A DNA stretch of 63,219 bases, filler included, from Globobulimina sp. (Eukaryota), in NCBI GenBank assembly GCA_003354225.1. It is 32 parts of 32 records of this genome, joined end to end, with 100 filler letters (N's around TTAATTAATTAA, not from the genome) between each part and the next. Parts side by side here need not be neighbours in the genome. Positions count along the whole stretch, not along the records: positions 23,758 to 25,636 come from PIVH01010965.1; positions 25,737 to 27,615 come from PIVH01010966.1; positions 27,716 to 29,594 come from PIVH01010967.1; positions 29,695 to 31,573 come from PIVH01010968.1; positions 31,674 to 33,551 come from PIVH01010969.1; positions 33,652 to 35,529 come from PIVH01010970.1; positions 35,630 to 37,507 come from PIVH01010971.1; 25 more parts are not named here. One strand, 5' to 3'. This document shows positions 24,070-37,607 of this stretch, in pieces. The notes below the pieces were generated by a model. The model was not told where the DNA came from. It saw only the letters and a program-made list of their open reading frames with translations, and did not search any database. Every line of letters begins with the position of its first letter. The stretch's first letter is position 1. A program made the translations under genes and the position numbers.

Positions 24070-25972
24070 GACTATTAATGTCAATATTCTGTAAACTTTG
24101 CTTAAACAAAATAACTTTTGAAACTATGTATAAATTATTTATATTACATAGCAGTGTTTTGATACGTCACATTAGTTGGAAATATGATACGTCTCACTTT
24201 TTGTATATATGTGACGTAACGCATTTATTGTTCACATGAATATTTATGTTCAGTATAAGGCGAATCAAACCGATGAATAAATAATCAATACTCAGTATAT
24301 TAATTAACGTTGACGTACATGACTTTATACTTTAATATTGTTGATTGATGGGTCCACCAACGCAACCTGATTCTCACCCATAATTTTATTTTGTAATATT
24401 TTGATGTCTCCCACAAGGCACTTCACATCTAGTTCGATTGATAAGTATCGTGATAAACATTCTTTATAATGGTTGTAGTCATCTTTATTCAAAATACATC
24501 TGAGAATGATTATGATTTCGATTGTATTATCCCAATTCCCCATAAACTAGCATCTTTCAAAGCTGTCTTGTTCCCGAAGTTGGTATTTGGCTGTAATAGG
24601 ATTTGTTTACGCACCGTATTTCGCCATATGCATACCTGTATGTTTGTAATAGTTTTTGAGTAAAAAAGGTGGCGTTTCTTGCTTCCTAACATGACGCACA
24701 GTTCAAGGGTTTGAGCAATCACTTACGCATCAATACGCATACAACAATAAATAGTAATAAACATCAGGCAATAAAGAGACAAAAAAACATAAGAAATGAG
24801 TATAAATTAACAATATGAAATAAAATGGGTACTTTATTTTTATCCAGCACTATGCAACAAAAACAGCAATACACTGAAATCTTTTTTGAAGGGACTATTT
24901 TTGAAGAATAATAATTAAAAAACATTTTAAATTCGCAACAGAAAAAATAGTCCCAAAACAAAAGAAAAAAAAATGAATTAACAGAAAATTTCAACAACAT
25001 TCAACAATAAACTGCGATAAAAAAAACAAACGAACCAACAATATCAGCACATTTAATGTAAAAATATAGACCAAAATATCCTACGCTTTGGGGTCCAAAA
25101 ACAGCTCAATCCAACAAATTGAATGTTTCGTTCCCTTCACACTTCCTTCAGATATCATCAAACCACGTCGTTTCGTTTCAAATTGTAAACCATCGAAAGT
25201 ATGCAATAAGTAACCAAACAAATGTACAAACTGACAAACATATCAAATGTACAAATTCAAAACGTTAAACCTTATGATGACTGTGACTGGGATGGAAGTT
25301 TAAAACATTTTGTTTTTACAAAAATATGGGAACATATTGTTGGATTATACTTTTTAGGAAAAACGACAATGTGTTATTATCGATGTTAGAATCAACATAT
25401 TGAAAAATCAATTTACTATACCTCTCATTGTATGCTTCTTGGATTTGCTGTGGAATAATATGCGCCAAATCAATTTTAAAATGATACGGCCGATTAACGT
25501 ATAAATTATTTCTTAATTTCACAGCATTTATAAAATGTATACTATTCTCACTGGTTTTAACAGCAACAGATTTGCCTTGATATGGACGCGGATACTCACG
25601 CAGCGATTTATATATTTTATTCGTCACAAGATCATANNNNNNNNNNNNNNNNNNNNNNNNNNNNNNNNNNNNNNNNNNNNTTAATTAATTAANNNNNNNN
25701 NNNNNNNNNNNNNNNNNNNNNNNNNNNNNNNNNNNNAGTTGACCTAGTATTCGAATCCTAGTATTCAAAGTTGAAAACCACTCTAGCTAACCCAAAAACC
25801 TTGCCAATCACAAAAGAAGTGTTTAGAAGTTTAAGCCTAAAAAGTCAATTGATTTTTTCCCGTATAAGTAAGAGGTAAGTATTTATAATAAAAATAAGCT
25901 GCGAAAAAAAGTTCAATCAAACACAAAAACAAAGCAAATTAATGTTAAATATTATGATAAATTAAATGTCAC

Positions 25973-27615
25973 CTATAACCCATTGAGGTTAAACGCAGGT
26001 TTTCCAACAGTTTTTCTAAGATTATTAAGGTAATCACTTGATGGGAGTGAGTCATTTGAATCATTGTCATTATCATCCGATGGCGGTGAACCGTGTGGTG
26101 CTGGTTGTGGAGCAAAAGAATTATCGTCGTAATAATTATAATGAGGTAGCGGATTATAACTACCATTATTACCATATGGTCTGTATGGATTATGGTGATG
26201 TGATGGTGGACAATGTGGCGGTGGATCACGAACTGTATTATTATTATTATATCCCTTTAAATTATTGTTATATGACTGATATGCATTGTGTTTTGGCGTA
26301 AACTGCATAATAAACATTGGATACACTCGGCCATTCTCATGAATTACATAGATTGTCCCATCTCTACTCACCAACGAGTCGACAATCAATTTATTTTGTT
26401 TTCTTGGCCAATTTGTTAAATCATAGCAACGACGGCCAATGGCACTTTCTCCAGTAATGACCTTGCATACAAGTGTCGAATATATACCATTATGGTCTGG
26501 CACATTAACATACGAATGTGATATATCTGGACGAACACCAAAATAAATGCCCTTTCCATAAAAATCGCGATCTTTTTTACAAAATTCATTGCGAAAACCT
26601 TCATTTTTGATCGATTCAATCGCATTCCGCGTAGTTTCATGATATAGTATCTTCTCATTCACTTTGGTTGTTTTCGACAATGACTCTTTCTCAATCTCAT
26701 ATTTCTCAAAGAGCCGTCGATTTTGGATGCCTTGTATTCCAACAATGTCATACTGCGACATATAATTATTAAACATTTGTATAATATCCTTAGTCGCAGC
26801 ATGCGCCACATGCTTATAATTATTATTCTGGTTATTGCCATACATATGAATTAATATCGGTTTTTCATACTTTCTGCACGAACCTGGCTGATTACTCATA
26901 TTCCACCACAATGGATATTTGTATCGGAATTTTTTTGAGACCGACTCTTTTCTGCGTAATGGCCAGGTCTCAGTCTGACGAGCACCAAATAACGCATTGC
27001 AATCACCAGAGCTAAATAAGGTTAATTTGCCACTGCCGAACGAATCTCTATATATCACATATTCGTCGGACCAAATCAGCTCAACACTGCTTTCGCCAAC
27101 CTTTAGTTTTTCCGCATGTTTCGTAAGACGCAAACTTGAGTTCCATTTATTATGCTCTTTCCATTGCCATTCCAGTTTATATCCAATCCTTTTTTTCAAA
27201 TCTTCAAATTCTTTCAATTTCTCATCATCTTTATTTGCATTTTGCTGCGCCGCATTATGCATACTGCTGTTAATATGATTATTAATGGCATCGTTTGGTT
27301 TCTTTCTAACGTCTCTGACAGTGTTTGTTTCTAAATTTCTTTGTTCTGCGCGAGTTGCTGATAATTTTGTGACTAAATAGGTGTGATTATTGATGTCACA
27401 TTTAAATGATTTATTGATGCCACATTTATTTATTTTGGCACTAATCTCATCAGAATAAGCTATCCAAATACCATCGGGCACGCCTTCCCATATATTCCTA
27501 TCTCTTTTATTCCATTGCCAGATATTATCAGCAACATCGATGATATCATCGTCATAGATTCGAATCCTTTTTGCTTCTCTTTTCCTTCCGCTTTGCGCAT
27601 TGGTTTGAATTCCCG
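25973..27615 (-). CDS. WWE-domain PARP (mono-ART type), 5'-truncated
   Basis: WWE-like WQW..WIAYS..EQRNLETNTVRDVR; catalytic IQNRRLFEKY..EKILYHET..FYGKGIYF..SHSY..VITG..IYVI..VYPMFIMQF. Confidence 0.88.
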
Positions 27616-27770
27616 NNNNNNNNNNNNNNNNNNNNNNNNNNNNNNNNNNNNNNNNNNNNTTAATTAATTAANNNNNNNNNNNNNNNNNNNNNNNNNNNNN
27701 NNNNNNNNNNNNNNNTTACTTTTATTTATAATAAATCGTTTTGCATATTGTATATGATTATTATCGCATC

Positions 27771-29594
27771 ATGGAGCAAAACGTAAAGGTCACATTTCAG
27801 CATAACGTCCTAGCCGGCTAGTTAACAGAGCTCGAGACATTTAACATCTTTTCGAGCATGGATATGTATTGCGTAAACTCTACAATCCGTTTAATTACAT
27901 TTATTATATATTGTTCATTGCATTTATATGCAATTATATTATGCGCGCATGGAACACGCAAAATGTATCGAAAAATACGAGGCCACAAAGATGCATTCAT
28001 GCTAGCTCGACATCCAACATTATCCTTTTCATCATTATTAATGAATTGCATCGATTTAATAATCATCCAACCAATACATTGTTTTATATTCTTTGTAATT
28101 TTGCAACCAAATGGTAATCACCGGCATATAACATATTTAACCATTGCAATTGTATCTGATATACGTTTTATTTTGTTTGGTTTCTTCTTTTCTGCTCGGA
28201 TATGGCTATTACATTACGATTACCATTTTGGTAAACAATGTGTTGCATTATTATTTCGCAGAAAAAGTCAGAAGAAAACAATTATAAAAACACATAGTAA
28301 GTGGGATAATTTCTACTTGAATCATCGACAAACATTAGGTAATCCAAAAAACGTTATAATAGCCACTATAATCTTAACATTAATTTGTTTGTTTATTTTA
28401 GATATTTTACCATTATTATCTCTAAAATGGACTGCTTCATCCATAGCGTATCTATCACTCAATGATTATATTCGAATTCCAATATATTTAATTGAAGGCA
28501 CAATGATTATATACGTATACCAGAAAGTGCAGTCAATCGACGATAAATTTAAGATCCGCTTAGAAATACTATATATTTTATGCATTCCTGGTTTATTTGC
28601 ATTGGTATATATGTCATTTGAGGTGTTTATTACATTAAAGCCGATTAGAGACATATATGTGATGCACGATTGTGAATTTTTCTATATTTATGCATATTTC
28701 ATGTTGATTATAGTCTCATTCACCATTATCATTAAAACAAATGTTGTGTTACGAATTACGATTGCGTGAAAATCAGGTACGTATATTTTTATTCAAATGC
28801 ACTTTTATATATAATAAGTGTTGTATATATACACAGTCTCAGTCGATGCAACATACATTGAATTTGATGCGGAAAAGTCAAGCCGGTAAAGACGTGAGTT
28901 TCGGAGATATTTTAGGCTCTGCTCAAGGATTATTGCTATTTGTAGAACATCTAGAAACTGAGCTAAGTGTTAACGTTGTTTTTTTGTATACATTTGTTAT
29001 GTATATTGTGTATATTGCAAAATAAAAAACCGTTTTTAGATTTAGTGTGGAGAATATATTATTTATTGTATTTATTGCCAAATATAGAGAACATTATATG
29101 AGTAAAATAATTCCACCATTATTGTCACAGAAACAGCAACATAATAATAACCCGATTACATTGCAAACAGAGGTGTCAGATGAATACAGTCCGTGTACAA
29201 CACCAAATACAGCAAATAAAATCCTTAATATTACGCCAAAACAAGTGACCCCAAATGAAATGGCAGTATTTAAATTTCAAGATGACGCTATAAAGTGCAC
29301 TGCGGCAGAAAAGAATAAAATATTAGCAAAATCTGTTGATAATCCGCCATCGCCAGAAAGTGTGTCGAGATCTGATCTAAAGCTAAAAGCCATAACCATT
29401 GCATTTATAAATAATAAACAGCAGACAATGACAGCTGAAGAGAAGGTATTGGATATCAATGATATTGAACAGAAATTAAAAATGCGAGCACGCGATGTGA
29501 GTAATATGAGCGATGATTTACAGACACCGATACCCGGCTCATTCACACACTCACCAATGGTTTTGGGAGAAAAGGAATTTGAGTTATTATCTGA
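27771..29594 (+). pseudogene. Multi-TM (7TM-like)-RGS protein with frame disruptions, 3'-truncated
   Basis: TM region to ~28740, then FVEHLETE/FSVENILF. In-frame TAG at 27819 (or a 39-nt intron), 7-nt frameshifting duplication at 28749-28761, introns 28777-28836 and 28962-29039 (GC donor). Confidence 0.65.
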
Positions 29595-29771
29595 NNNNNN
29601 NNNNNNNNNNNNNNNNNNNNNNNNNNNNNNNNNNNNNNTTAATTAATTAANNNNNNNNNNNNNNNNNNNNNNNNNNNNNNNNNNNNNNNNNNNNTAGTAG
29701 TCAATAATAGCAGAAAAAAAATAAATTAAGAAAAAAAATAATAATAATAAATTAATAATACGTAATATAAA

Positions 29772-31573
29772 TTAAACCACATTCACCTCCTCATAGTCAA
29801 TTTTTTGTTTCTTTCTCCCAATATAATATATGGCACATAACATGATTGCGCACATCAAAACGATTAAAACAGACAAAATCTGCATGTCCCATTTTAATTC
29901 ATTTACTTCTGCCCTCCATCCTGACCCAGCTGCAGCTCCATTACTTATTGGTTTGTCAGCGGTGTCAGCCTTAGCTGTCGCAGTATGAGTATCTATCCCA
30001 AGTCCAACACTTTCAAATGCTTCACTTACCGCCGTATATTCCGAACCGACGCCATATAAATCATTTGCAGCCGATTTCATTCCCTCTACACCTTCAGCCA
30101 TTGTTGACGATGTGGTCCAATATAATTTATTTGCCCAACTTGCAATTTTAAACACTTTCTCCAGAGCTACTCCACGTTGCACCATGTTATAAAACCCTTT
30201 ATTATATATACCCGAATTCGTATGCACACCGCCATTGTCCTCCTTTCCTCGGTACAGATCATCATAGTGATCAGGACTGCGCCCATCGAGTGGCGGGTCA
30301 TTCATATATCTGAGTCCAGCCCCAATTTCTTTAAAAATATCCTCTCCAATTTTCCACGAAAACGTACCTTTTTGGTATTTCTCGCATGCTTTGCCTGCCA
30401 AATCGGAAAAAGCTTCATTCATCGCACCAGATTCGTCCTTATATTCTAAGTTGGAATGTGTTGCGGTGTATCCATGTCCCAATTCGTGTGCCATTACATC
30501 CATAGAAATCAAGGGATAAAAAAAATCGCCATCCCCAAATGTGATGGACTTGCCATCCCAAAATGCGTTGTCATAACTTTTACAAAAATGCACTCTGACC
30601 GGAACCTCGAAAGTTACAGGATATTCACCAATATATTCTTCAAAACAATCGAATGTCGCCAATGAATATGAATATGCCAACATTGCGATCCCTTTGCCAC
30701 CATTTACATCCTCCGACGCAGCTTCGCAATTTGTTTCATTCTCGCAGACTATGGGTTTATTACAACCACAATTCTGAGCGCAGTCTAATACATAGCTACG
30801 ATTCTCCACATCCTGCAATGTCTTGATATTGCCCGTATGCTCTCTATATTGCTTATAGCCAAGCTTCGGATTTCCAGAAAAATCACCGGCAAAACCCGCA
30901 GTAACATTTGTACCAATATTTGTACCCACATCGGCGCCGTATAATGCATCCATTTTATCTAAAATTTCGCCGCTTTTTGCATTAATAATGTAACGAAAAG
31001 AAAATATGGTTTCATCGATGTCAATGTGAGGCATAAATGCTGCGCCAATAAAGTCATTGGAATGGACATCACAAATAAAACTGTGATACGGTATGTTTTC
31101 CACAGTAAGAAAATATATCCATTCTTCAAAGGAAAATACAAATTCCTCCGCAGCTAAACCAAGGTCTGCAGAGATTGTCTGTTTTAACTCGGCTTCGCTT
31201 AATTTGGTGTTTGTATTTTGGATATAATTTTTGAGATATTTTTTTTCAAAATAAACACCAAAATCGATGAAGGGATCACTAAAATCGGTGTCTAACTCAT
31301 CAAATTCAACCAGCACAGACGCGCCATATATCGGTACATTTTTATAATATTGATTCCATTTTTGTTTTTGCACTTTATCTCCATCAAAATATTCAACGGC
31401 ATATAGTTGCGGATTACCTATTTTTTGAAAATCAGCAAATGATAAATCATCACTCGAAATGCCTGTAACCCCTTTTTTGCTCATTTTATTCACTTTAACC
31501 CCATCATGCCGGTTATTGGCGAACTTTCTGGAATTTGCCAAAATAATAAACCAAAATAAATAAAAAATTCTTG
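29772..31573 (-). CDS. Peptidase M4 (thermolysin/elastase-like) prepro-enzyme with C-terminal TM anchor
   Basis: FTP (QYYKNVPIYGA), PepSY (YIINAKSGEIL), NAFWDG, FYPLISMDVMAHELGH, GAMNEAFSD, DNGGVHTNSGI, TM ILSVLIVLMCAIMLCAIYYIG; no intron in the visible 1.8 kb. Confidence 0.95.
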
Positions 31574-31852
31574 NNNNNNNNNNNNNNNNNNNNNNNNNNN
31601 NNNNNNNNNNNNNNNNNTTAATTAATTAANNNNNNNNNNNNNNNNNNNNNNNNNNNNNNNNNNNNNNNNNNNNGAAACAGCCCGGCATATATCGCATCGA
31701 TGTCTATTCCAGCATAGCAAACTCGATTAACATTATAAAAAGTGACATTTTTCAGCAAAACTCGATTGATTTTATAATCTATTTTCCAGATAGTTTTTAT
31801 TTATGTTTTCCATACAAACAGATAGATATTTTCTTGCTCATTTTTGTAATGA

Positions 31853-31947
31853 AGTGTTGGTGTGGTGTGGTGATGTGGTGTGGTGATGTGATGTGGTGTG
31901 GTGATGTGGTGTGGTGGTGGTGTGGTGGTGGTGTGGTTGTGGTGTTG
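31853..31947. repeat. GTG/GAT compound microsatellite
   Basis: (TGTGG/TGTGA/TGG)n run. Confidence 0.9.
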
Positions 31948-33299
31948 TAATTTATCATTAATATCGACACAATTAATGCCACCAAAATTGATACGCAGTT
32001 TCAAATTAAATATTGATGAAATATGGATAAATAAAATAAATCCACAATTTTCTCCAATCTGGCAGTGCAAATGCATATTTTGAAATTATTTTCTTTCCAT
32101 CCAAATCCATAATTTTTTACAAATTTCTTGCTGTTAATTTTTATCCAATAACCTCGACGAAGATGTTCGTGGTGGGACTGAGATTAAATTCCCTTGCGAT
32201 TGAAGGTCACTTTTTGTATATCATCCATGTTGCCAATGATAATAAATAAATATTTCATATAATAGGCAATAATAGCATGCCTGAAATGATATGCTTTTGA
32301 TCGTGACGTTGATTGCATAAATTAATAATTGATTGTTATTATCACAAATAGCAGATACCAATAACAAATGTTAAACATTTTCACACACAAAACCTTTTTA
32401 CTTTTTCCTAGACTTAATTGAGTGCCGCATGCTTTTCATTATAAAATGGTTTTTTGGTGCAAATATTACGGATAGGTGTTTTGGTTCAAATATCAACCGT
32501 CGTTGACAAAAATACACGTTGTCGGTATACTGACAGTAACTAGATTCGAAATTTGGGTCATGCCTATTCGTCTCTTTATAACTCAGTGCCTGACCGGTCC
32601 CCTAATTCGGCTGAGGCTGTCTCGACAACGTAATTTTATGGATTGATTTGGTTTATTTATTCTTTATTCAAAATTTATATATGGATTTAATTTCTATCAG
32701 TCTTAGGTACGTACTCTGTAATTTAATTTATTTATTTATATTTAAATAGAAAAAAACAAAAATAGCAAGCTGCTGGCCTGCAATTGCATAATCATCAAAT
32801 TATAATTATTTATTTTCCCTTTTATTTGTACATGCCACAAAATGTTAAGCTGCATGCCACATTTTCAAAAACTGTAGTAAGCTGCATCTTAAACATGTCA
32901 CATGGAGAGAATTAATTAAATCAGATACGTTTTGATTTTATGTTTTGTTTTGTGTGTTGTGAATGTAAAACAATATAATATTCTCAGAACGATGGCGTAT
33001 GGCGGAATTGGTTGATAATAAATTGGTTCCGATCATTATCCCAAATTCCAACATTCATTGTAATCAAACACCGCGTAATTCTGCCTCCTTCCAAACACGT
33101 CGCCTTCGCCGCCAATCAACGCAAACAAAACATGCCACAAACTGCAAAAACATCAATTATCCAAAACGAGGCGGACAATCCACATATGGCCCAATCTGCC
33201 ATTCTCATTGAAAAAGAATTTGAAACTGCTCATTCCATTCCACTTCAAATAGCATACGGCAACAATTAACGGCAAAAATAGCATAAAAAGACGGTGATG

Positions 33300-33551
33300 G
33301 AAGCCCTCTTACATAGCACAGCACGACTTCGCCAAACGAGGCATCATGATCGACAACGTCTCCTTGGATCTCGCCACATTGATGCAGACCAAACACGACT
33401 CCGTCAACGGGCTGACCAAAGGCATCGAGGGCTTATTCAAAAAAAACAAAGTAAGCTACACCAAGGGCTACGGCAAAATCACTGCGAAAAACACCATTGA
33501 GGTCACCAGCTCCGACAATAAGACCGAAGTGATAACGGCCAAAAACATCGT
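33300..33551 (+). pseudogene. DLD: Dihydrolipoamide dehydrogenase fragment
   Basis: ALLHST / HDFAKRGIMIDNVSLDL..VNGLTKGIEGLFKKNKVSYTKGYGKI..ITAKNI; internal frameshifting deletion; no upstream GCIPSK or FAD motif. Confidence 0.8.
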
Positions 33552-33653
33552 NNNNNNNNNNNNNNNNNNNNNNNNNNNNNNNNNNNNNNNNNNNNTTAAT
33601 TAATTAANNNNNNNNNNNNNNNNNNNNNNNNNNNNNNNNNNNNNNNNNNNNGA

Positions 33654-35529
33654 GATAACTGGATAAATAATCAGAAAAACAACGCAGTCATATCCTTAAA
33701 TCAAATATTCAAACGTGCAATAAACAAATATCACACCACAAACATGCAACTCCGCGAATACAAAAACTATATGATCAGCAGAGTAATACAGGAACACGTC
33801 ACCAACGCTTCCCACTCTGACGATGAAATCCCTGATATAATACTAAAATATCCTTTCATGCAAATATATGCGCCGACCATTGAGCCAATAACATCCACCA
33901 AAATCAAATTAAAAAACATGAAAATTGGCTTCATGAATATCAATGGAAATGCCAAAACAAAAATAAATCAAATGCATCCATACATGCAACAGCTTGTAAC
34001 GCACCATAAGTTGGACATAATACTCCTGATAGATACCAGATTAACGCATCGACCAACTTGGCGCCTACCTGGCTATAACTTGATGGCTCATAAAGCGCAT
34101 GTAGCCACAAACAACTTGCAAAATGTTGGCGGAATCCTAATATATTACAAATACAATCTGAAAAATAAAATAAATCTAATTAAAAAAACGAGAGGACATA
34201 ACACGACGTGGATCTCTGTTAAAACCAAAAATCATATAAAACCCACCTATATTGCCATCAATTACACGCAAACATATAAACAAAAATTGAGTGATCGCAG
34301 CCGTAAATTCTATAACTCCCTGACTGACGATATAAATAATTATAAATCACAGTGCCACACCATGTACGTCATAGGAGACTTTAACGCCAGAATGGGCTCA
34401 ATGACAATGGACCATAATACCAATGGCCACTACCGTTACATGAAAGCGATGCTTGACAGGACCAGCCTAAAAATAGCCAATCCACAATTCGCCCCTAAAT
34501 TCCTCACATGCCTGGCCAAAGGAGCCCAAAATAGTGGCGGATCTATCATAGATTACGTAATCACCAACAAATTGAGCTCGATCCAATCAATGAATGTTGA
34601 TACCCATCCAGTATTTATGGACCATAGACCTGTTGTTTTTACCTTGAAAAATGCCAAATGTGAAACAACCACCATCGATAAGCACCTAATACTCAGAACT
34701 GGAGGCCCTAACAATGAACTCCTGAAAATACATAACAAAATAATAAAAAATTCGACAAAATACCTCAAACAATTTGCTGCAAACATAAACCATCCATACA
34801 ATGAAAATGAACGCCAATTTATTTCCCACATCACCTCCATCACTACTGCTTACATATTACATCTTGCATCCATCAAAGCGTTCGGTTTGGCAGACTTTAA
34901 CACTGCCAATAAATGGTCGACTTTATCGCGGAAACAGGTCACTTTGAACATAAAACAGCGTTTGCTAATGAACACCAATAATAACACCAATGAGGGCAAA
35001 ACACTGATGGCCGAGGCGGAGGCAGAATATATACGAAATAAACAAAACACATTGACTCAAAATACCATAAAATTCAGTAATCTAAACCACTGCCATAAAC
35101 TGAAAACATTCAAACGATACAACAAAAACAAAGACTTCATATTGGATGAGCCCTTCTTGAACTATAATGATGTCATAATGGATAAAAACAAAGCCCTCTC
35201 ACAATTTTTCTGCAAAATAAACGGTCCAATAAAAGATCCCGATGACAACCCCCAAATAACAGATATCAACGACTTCCAAGATACACTTAATACGCATTTG
35301 AATAACCCCATAACATTTATTCCCCAGATACCTAAGGAAGATGATCTGCAGAATACGACTGAAACGTAAATTATTGACACAAACGTAAATTATGAAATAG
35401 AAGATAATAACCACTATACCCCCCACTATGACCCCAACTATGTCCCCATAACACAGCCAATAATGGATGAACTATATGAACTGGAGAACAGTGACCAAAC
35501 CTATGACAGTGACGATGATGTAATCATAG
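33654..35529 (+). mobile_element. Non-LTR retrotransposon ORF2 fragment, AP-endonuclease domain
   Basis: MNING, IILLIDT, VIGDFNAR, IIDYVIT, DHRPV; premature TAA at 35367-35369, frame stays open after it. Confidence 0.85.
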
Positions 35530-35802
35530 NNNNNNNNNNNNNNNNNNNNNNNNNNNNNNNNNNNNNNNNNNNNTTAATTAATTAANNNNNNNNNNNNNNN
35601 NNNNNNNNNNNNNNNNNNNNNNNNNNNNNATGGATTATTTATGAAATGGTTCATGTGAAAGAGAGTAATTATTTTAGCGAAGTAATTATTTTAACGAAAC
35701 TATAAAAAAATGCAGCAAAGATGAATTAGATGCAATTAAAAGTTTTCAGGTAACAACCTATTTCGGAAATAGTAACAACCTATTTTCCTTCCACATATCC
35801 GG

Positions 35803-36870
35803 ATGGCATATTCGAGATTGATGCCAACTGATATAGCAGCTCTGTTCCACGAACATATGCGCACAGTGAAACGGTTACTAGTTTTGTCGCCAGCACTTGT
35901 TTCAAAGGAAGCAATGGAATTTCTTACTCTATGTCTATGCACTGATGAATCTGACATATGGTATTTGCTTGAAAAGGCAAATACAGGCAGCTTAATGGAT
36001 GCATTGGTTGCATCGGAGATTGTCCGTGACATTGATGTAAAACTATGCGTGTATTTGTTAGGAATAGCGGTATCTTTGGGGAGTAGTATAGCGCCAATGC
36101 AGCTCGGTACGTTGTATTTCACGGATCAGAGAGTATTAAATCCCCAAAAAGCTTTTAAATATTACAAAATTGCTGCAGATCTTGGTAATAATATTGCACA
36201 GCATAAAATTGGAATGTTTTACGAGGAAGGAATCGGAATTACAAAAAATATCAACAAAGCTATCAAATGGTATAAAAAATCTGCACTAAGAGGTAATCCA
36301 GATTCATGCAATAATTTAGCAAACTGCTATGTGGATATCAATAAAAATGACACTGCTAAAATATACTATGAAAAAGCATTGATTTTGGGCTCTCCGGAGT
36401 CTGTTTTTAATTTGGGAAAATTGTTGCTCATCGAGGAAGAGAAAGGATGTGTCATATCAGTGCAAAGCAGAGGATTTAAATTGCTTCAAAAAGCAGCAAC
36501 GGAACACAATAACCCGGACGCATATTATTTGTTATCTATACATCATTGTTGTGAGGCTTTTGAGGAATATGATATCAGAAAAGGATTCGAGCTCATGTTA
36601 AAAGCAATTCATTTTGGTTGTGAATGTGATGACTTGCCTGACCATCTTACACGTATTGCATTTCAAGCAAATATGAAACATTATTTATATAAATCCAAGA
36701 GGTGTCAATGGTGGTTTTGTGATAAATCAAAAAAAAAACAGAGAAAAAAGAATTTGAAATGGTATAAATGTTCGGAATGTCTCATAATATGTTATTGTAG
36801 CAAGAGATGTCAGAAATTGGATTGGAATAAAGGACATCATCGAGAATTTTGTGGATCTCCGACTATTTGA
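35803..36870 (+). CDS. SEL1-like repeat + MYND finger protein
   Basis: AQHKIGMFYEEGIGITKNINKAIKWYKKSA; CSECLIICYCSKRCQKLDWNKGHHREFC. Confidence 0.88.
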   Translation: MAYSRLMPTDIAALFHEHMRTVKRLLVLSPALVSKEAMEFLTLCLCTDESDIWYLLEKANTGSLMDALVASEIVRDIDVKLCVYLLGIAVSLGSSIAPMQLGTLYFTDQRVLNPQKAFKYYKIAADLGNNIAQHKIGMFYEEGIGITKNINKAIKWYKKSALRGNPDSCNNLANCYVDINKNDTAKIYYEKALILGSPESVFNLGKLLLIEEEKGCVISVQSRGFKLLQKAATEHNNPDAYYLLSIHHCCEAFEEYDIRKGFELMLKAIHFGCECDDLPDHLTRIAFQANMKHYLYKSKRCQWWFCDKSKKKQRKKNLKWYKCSECLIICYCSKRCQKLDWNKGHHREFCGSPTI

Positions 36871-37177
36871 ATGATTTTCGCAGATTTTACGGACTCTTTG
36901 TCAATGAAAATACTAAGAAATCAATGCCTCGATTCCAAACTCTCAACTTAATTGTAATAAACATACAACAAAACACAAAAAAAGTAATACGTAAGATCAC
37001 AAAAAAGGAAAATAGGAAGATACACTGTGAAAAAATCACAAACAAAACAGTTATAATTAATGGTTTTCAAATATGAGTTGGGTACGAAAAGCCTTTGTCA
37101 TATTTGAAAAAACCCTGTACATGAAAATGATGTAATTATCTAATTTATTTAATGTCAGATATGAATATCAACTAATT

Positions 37178-37507
37178 TCAATTTGTAGTATCATTATCAA
37201 TATCAACTTGATCACCTTCTTTTTGCCCTTCTTCGACGATTAACGATCTTTGTCGATCATGAAATTCTTTTTTTTCTTCAACAAGAGTTTGTGCATTGAC
37301 CAATGCAGCATACACACCACAGTTCGCTATCAATTCCTGATGATTTCCAGATTCTCGCACTTGCCCATCCACTAAAACAATAATAGTATTTGCATTCCTT
37401 ATGGTGGACAATCTGTGCGCAATGGATATCACTGTTTGATTTCCGTTCTCTGAGATACTATCAATTGCGTCTTGCACTTTCCGCTCAGATATTGAATTTA
37501 TAGAAAA
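37178..37507 (-). CDS. ABCB/MDR transporter C-terminus, 5'-truncated
   Basis: [37 protein letters not shown]. Confidence 0.9.
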   Translation of the reverse strand, partial: FSINSISERKVQDAIDSISENGNQTVISIAHRLSTIRNANTIIVLVDGQVRESGNHQELIANCGVYAALVNAQTLVEEKKEFHDRQRSLIVEEGQKEGDQVDIDNDTTN

Positions 37508-37607
37508 NNNNNNNNNNNNNNNNNNNNNNNNNNNNNNNNNNNNNNNNNNNNTTAATTAATTAANNNNNNNNNNNNNNNNNNNNNNNNNNNNNNNNNNNNN
37601 NNNNNNN

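Noticed and set aside
24325-24722. Two overlapping short minus-strand ORFs
   Set aside because: Possibly a decayed gene, but no motif I can support
31797-32083. His/Thr/Pro-rich ORFs
   Set aside because: Translations of a GTG microsatellite
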